From positions 128,001-192,000 of the forward strand of contig OZ241889.1 of the NCBI GenBank assembly GCA_965203355.1: 64,000 nucleotides of DNA. The letters are read 5' to 3'. Position 1 is the stretch's first letter. Every line of letters begins with the position of its first letter. Under the pieces are notes generated by a model. It saw only the letters and a list, made by a program, of their open reading frames with translations, was not told where the DNA came from and ran no database searches. Made by a program: the position numbers and the translations under genes. Origin of the DNA: Candidatus Latescibacterota bacterium (GTDB lineage Bacteria; Latescibacterota; UBA2968; UBA8231). Positions 63,000-64,000 of this stretch are shown in pieces.

Positions 63000-64000
63000 T
63001 CAACCCCAGCTAGCAGCCCCCTTTAATTCGTCCTGCCTTTCTAGGGCAATACGCTTAAAGTAGCCACTGCGGTGATAGGCACCTAGGGGATCGGGTTCGG
63101 CCCCCAGTTCCTGGCGCACTATCGCCAGCAAGGAGCGCACATCCGTGTCATAGGCATTGCGCAAAATTTCTTCGCATGATACTACGTCGTCCTCCGCCTG
63201 CGCCTCAGCTAGTGCCGTGCGGTCAACCAGCAATGCACGGGCGTAGGCCGTCTGGATATTGAGCACCGACTGAATCATCGCCTCGACTTTGGGTTTGATA
63301 ATATGGCTTTGGTCAATCATGTAGGCGATATTTACCGTTGCAGTTCCGCGCAGCTCCGCGTTGAGGATTTCGTGGTAAATCAAAAAAACCTCATAGAGGT
63401 TGACCGACCCAGTCGTCACATCATCATCAGCGTATTTGCGATTGTTGAAGTGAAAACCACCCATCCGCTCTTCGTCGAGGAGCAAGGCCACAATGTGTTC
63501 AATGTTGGTGGAAAGAGGATGATGCCCTAGATCAACCAGCACTTCGGCCTTCGGCCCGGCCTTAATGGCGAAATTTAGTGCCATACCCCAGTCGGCAATG
63601 TCCGTATGGTAAAATGCCGGCTCGAAGAATTTGTATTCAATTAGCATCCGCGCCCCCTCGGGTAGCATGGCGTGCGTCTCACCCAGACATTCTTCAAAGC
63701 GCCGCTTGCGGGCGATGATATCGTCTTGACCCGGATAGTTCGTACCGTCGGCAAACCAAAGGCTCAGCACTGTGGACCCTGCCTGCTGCATGATATCCAC
63801 GCATTCGTGCATGTGATCAAGTGCTTTGCGACGCACGACCGGGTCCCGATGGCCGAAACTGCCCAATTTGTATTCGGGTTCTTGGAAGACATTGGGATTG
63901 ATTGCCCCAATGTACACCCCCAACTCCGTCGCTTCTTGCTGCAAGGCGTCGTAGTCATCCACTTTATCCCACGGGATGTGCAAAGCCACGCCGGGACAGA
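63000..64000 (-). CDS. rhaI: L-rhamnose isomerase (RhaI-type), 5' end outside the window
   Basis: [15 protein letters not shown]...[55 protein letters not shown]. The frame is open to the window edge. Confidence 0.88.
   Translation of the reverse strand, partial: CPGVALHIPWDKVDDYDALQQEATELGVYIGAINPNVFQEPEYKLGSFGHRDPVVRRKALDHMHECVDIMQQAGSTVLSLWFADGTNYPGQDDIIARKRRFEECLGETHAMLPEGARMLIEYKFFEPAFYHTDIADWGMALNFAIKAGPKAEVLVDLGHHPLSTNIEHIVALLLDEERMGGFHFNNRKYADDDVTTGSVNLYEVFLIYHEILNAELRGTATVNIAYMIDQSHIIKPKVEAMIQSVLNIQTAYARALLVDRTALAEAQAEDDVVSCEEILRNAYDTDVRSLLAIVRQELGAEPDPLGAYHRSGYFKRIALERQDELKGAASWG

Overview
GC-rich bacterial chromosome segment with almost every gene on the minus strand (lysA is the only clear plus-strand gene). 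Gene content and 16S features point to an FCB-superphylum organism, possibly Latescibacterota-like; this is inference and was not checked by search. Housekeeping blocks: clpB; metK-ptsI-ptsH-GGGP synthase-alaS-recX-recA-pgpA-pgsA-recR-dnaX; a large Alu-type SRP RNA, three tRNAs and tadA; rsmA, holB, a frameshifted sugar ABC ATPase, rimI, tsaB, ruvBAC, yebC, EF-G2; a complete rRNA operon (16S-tRNA-Ile-23S-5S); and a partial rhamnose isomerase. The most interesting part is a tightly packed ~21 kb operon-like run (24.9-46.1 kb). A peptide ABC binding protein and its permeases flank an uncharacterised module and an outer-membrane block. The module has a GlmL-like actin-fold ATPase with no cobalamin mutase nearby, a barrel-sandwich/swivel/KOW partner and four membrane proteins, two of which look like paralogues in opposite membrane orientation. 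The outer-membrane block is a TonB-dependent receptor, a T9SS-CTD cargo, a PorV-like barrel and a TPR lipoprotein. A second accessory feature is an AT-rich two-gene islet after metK that encodes an HsdR_N-like nuclease fused to a membrane coiled-coil protein, plus a vWA-like lipoprotein. All family assignments come from motif recognition by eye, not database searches.
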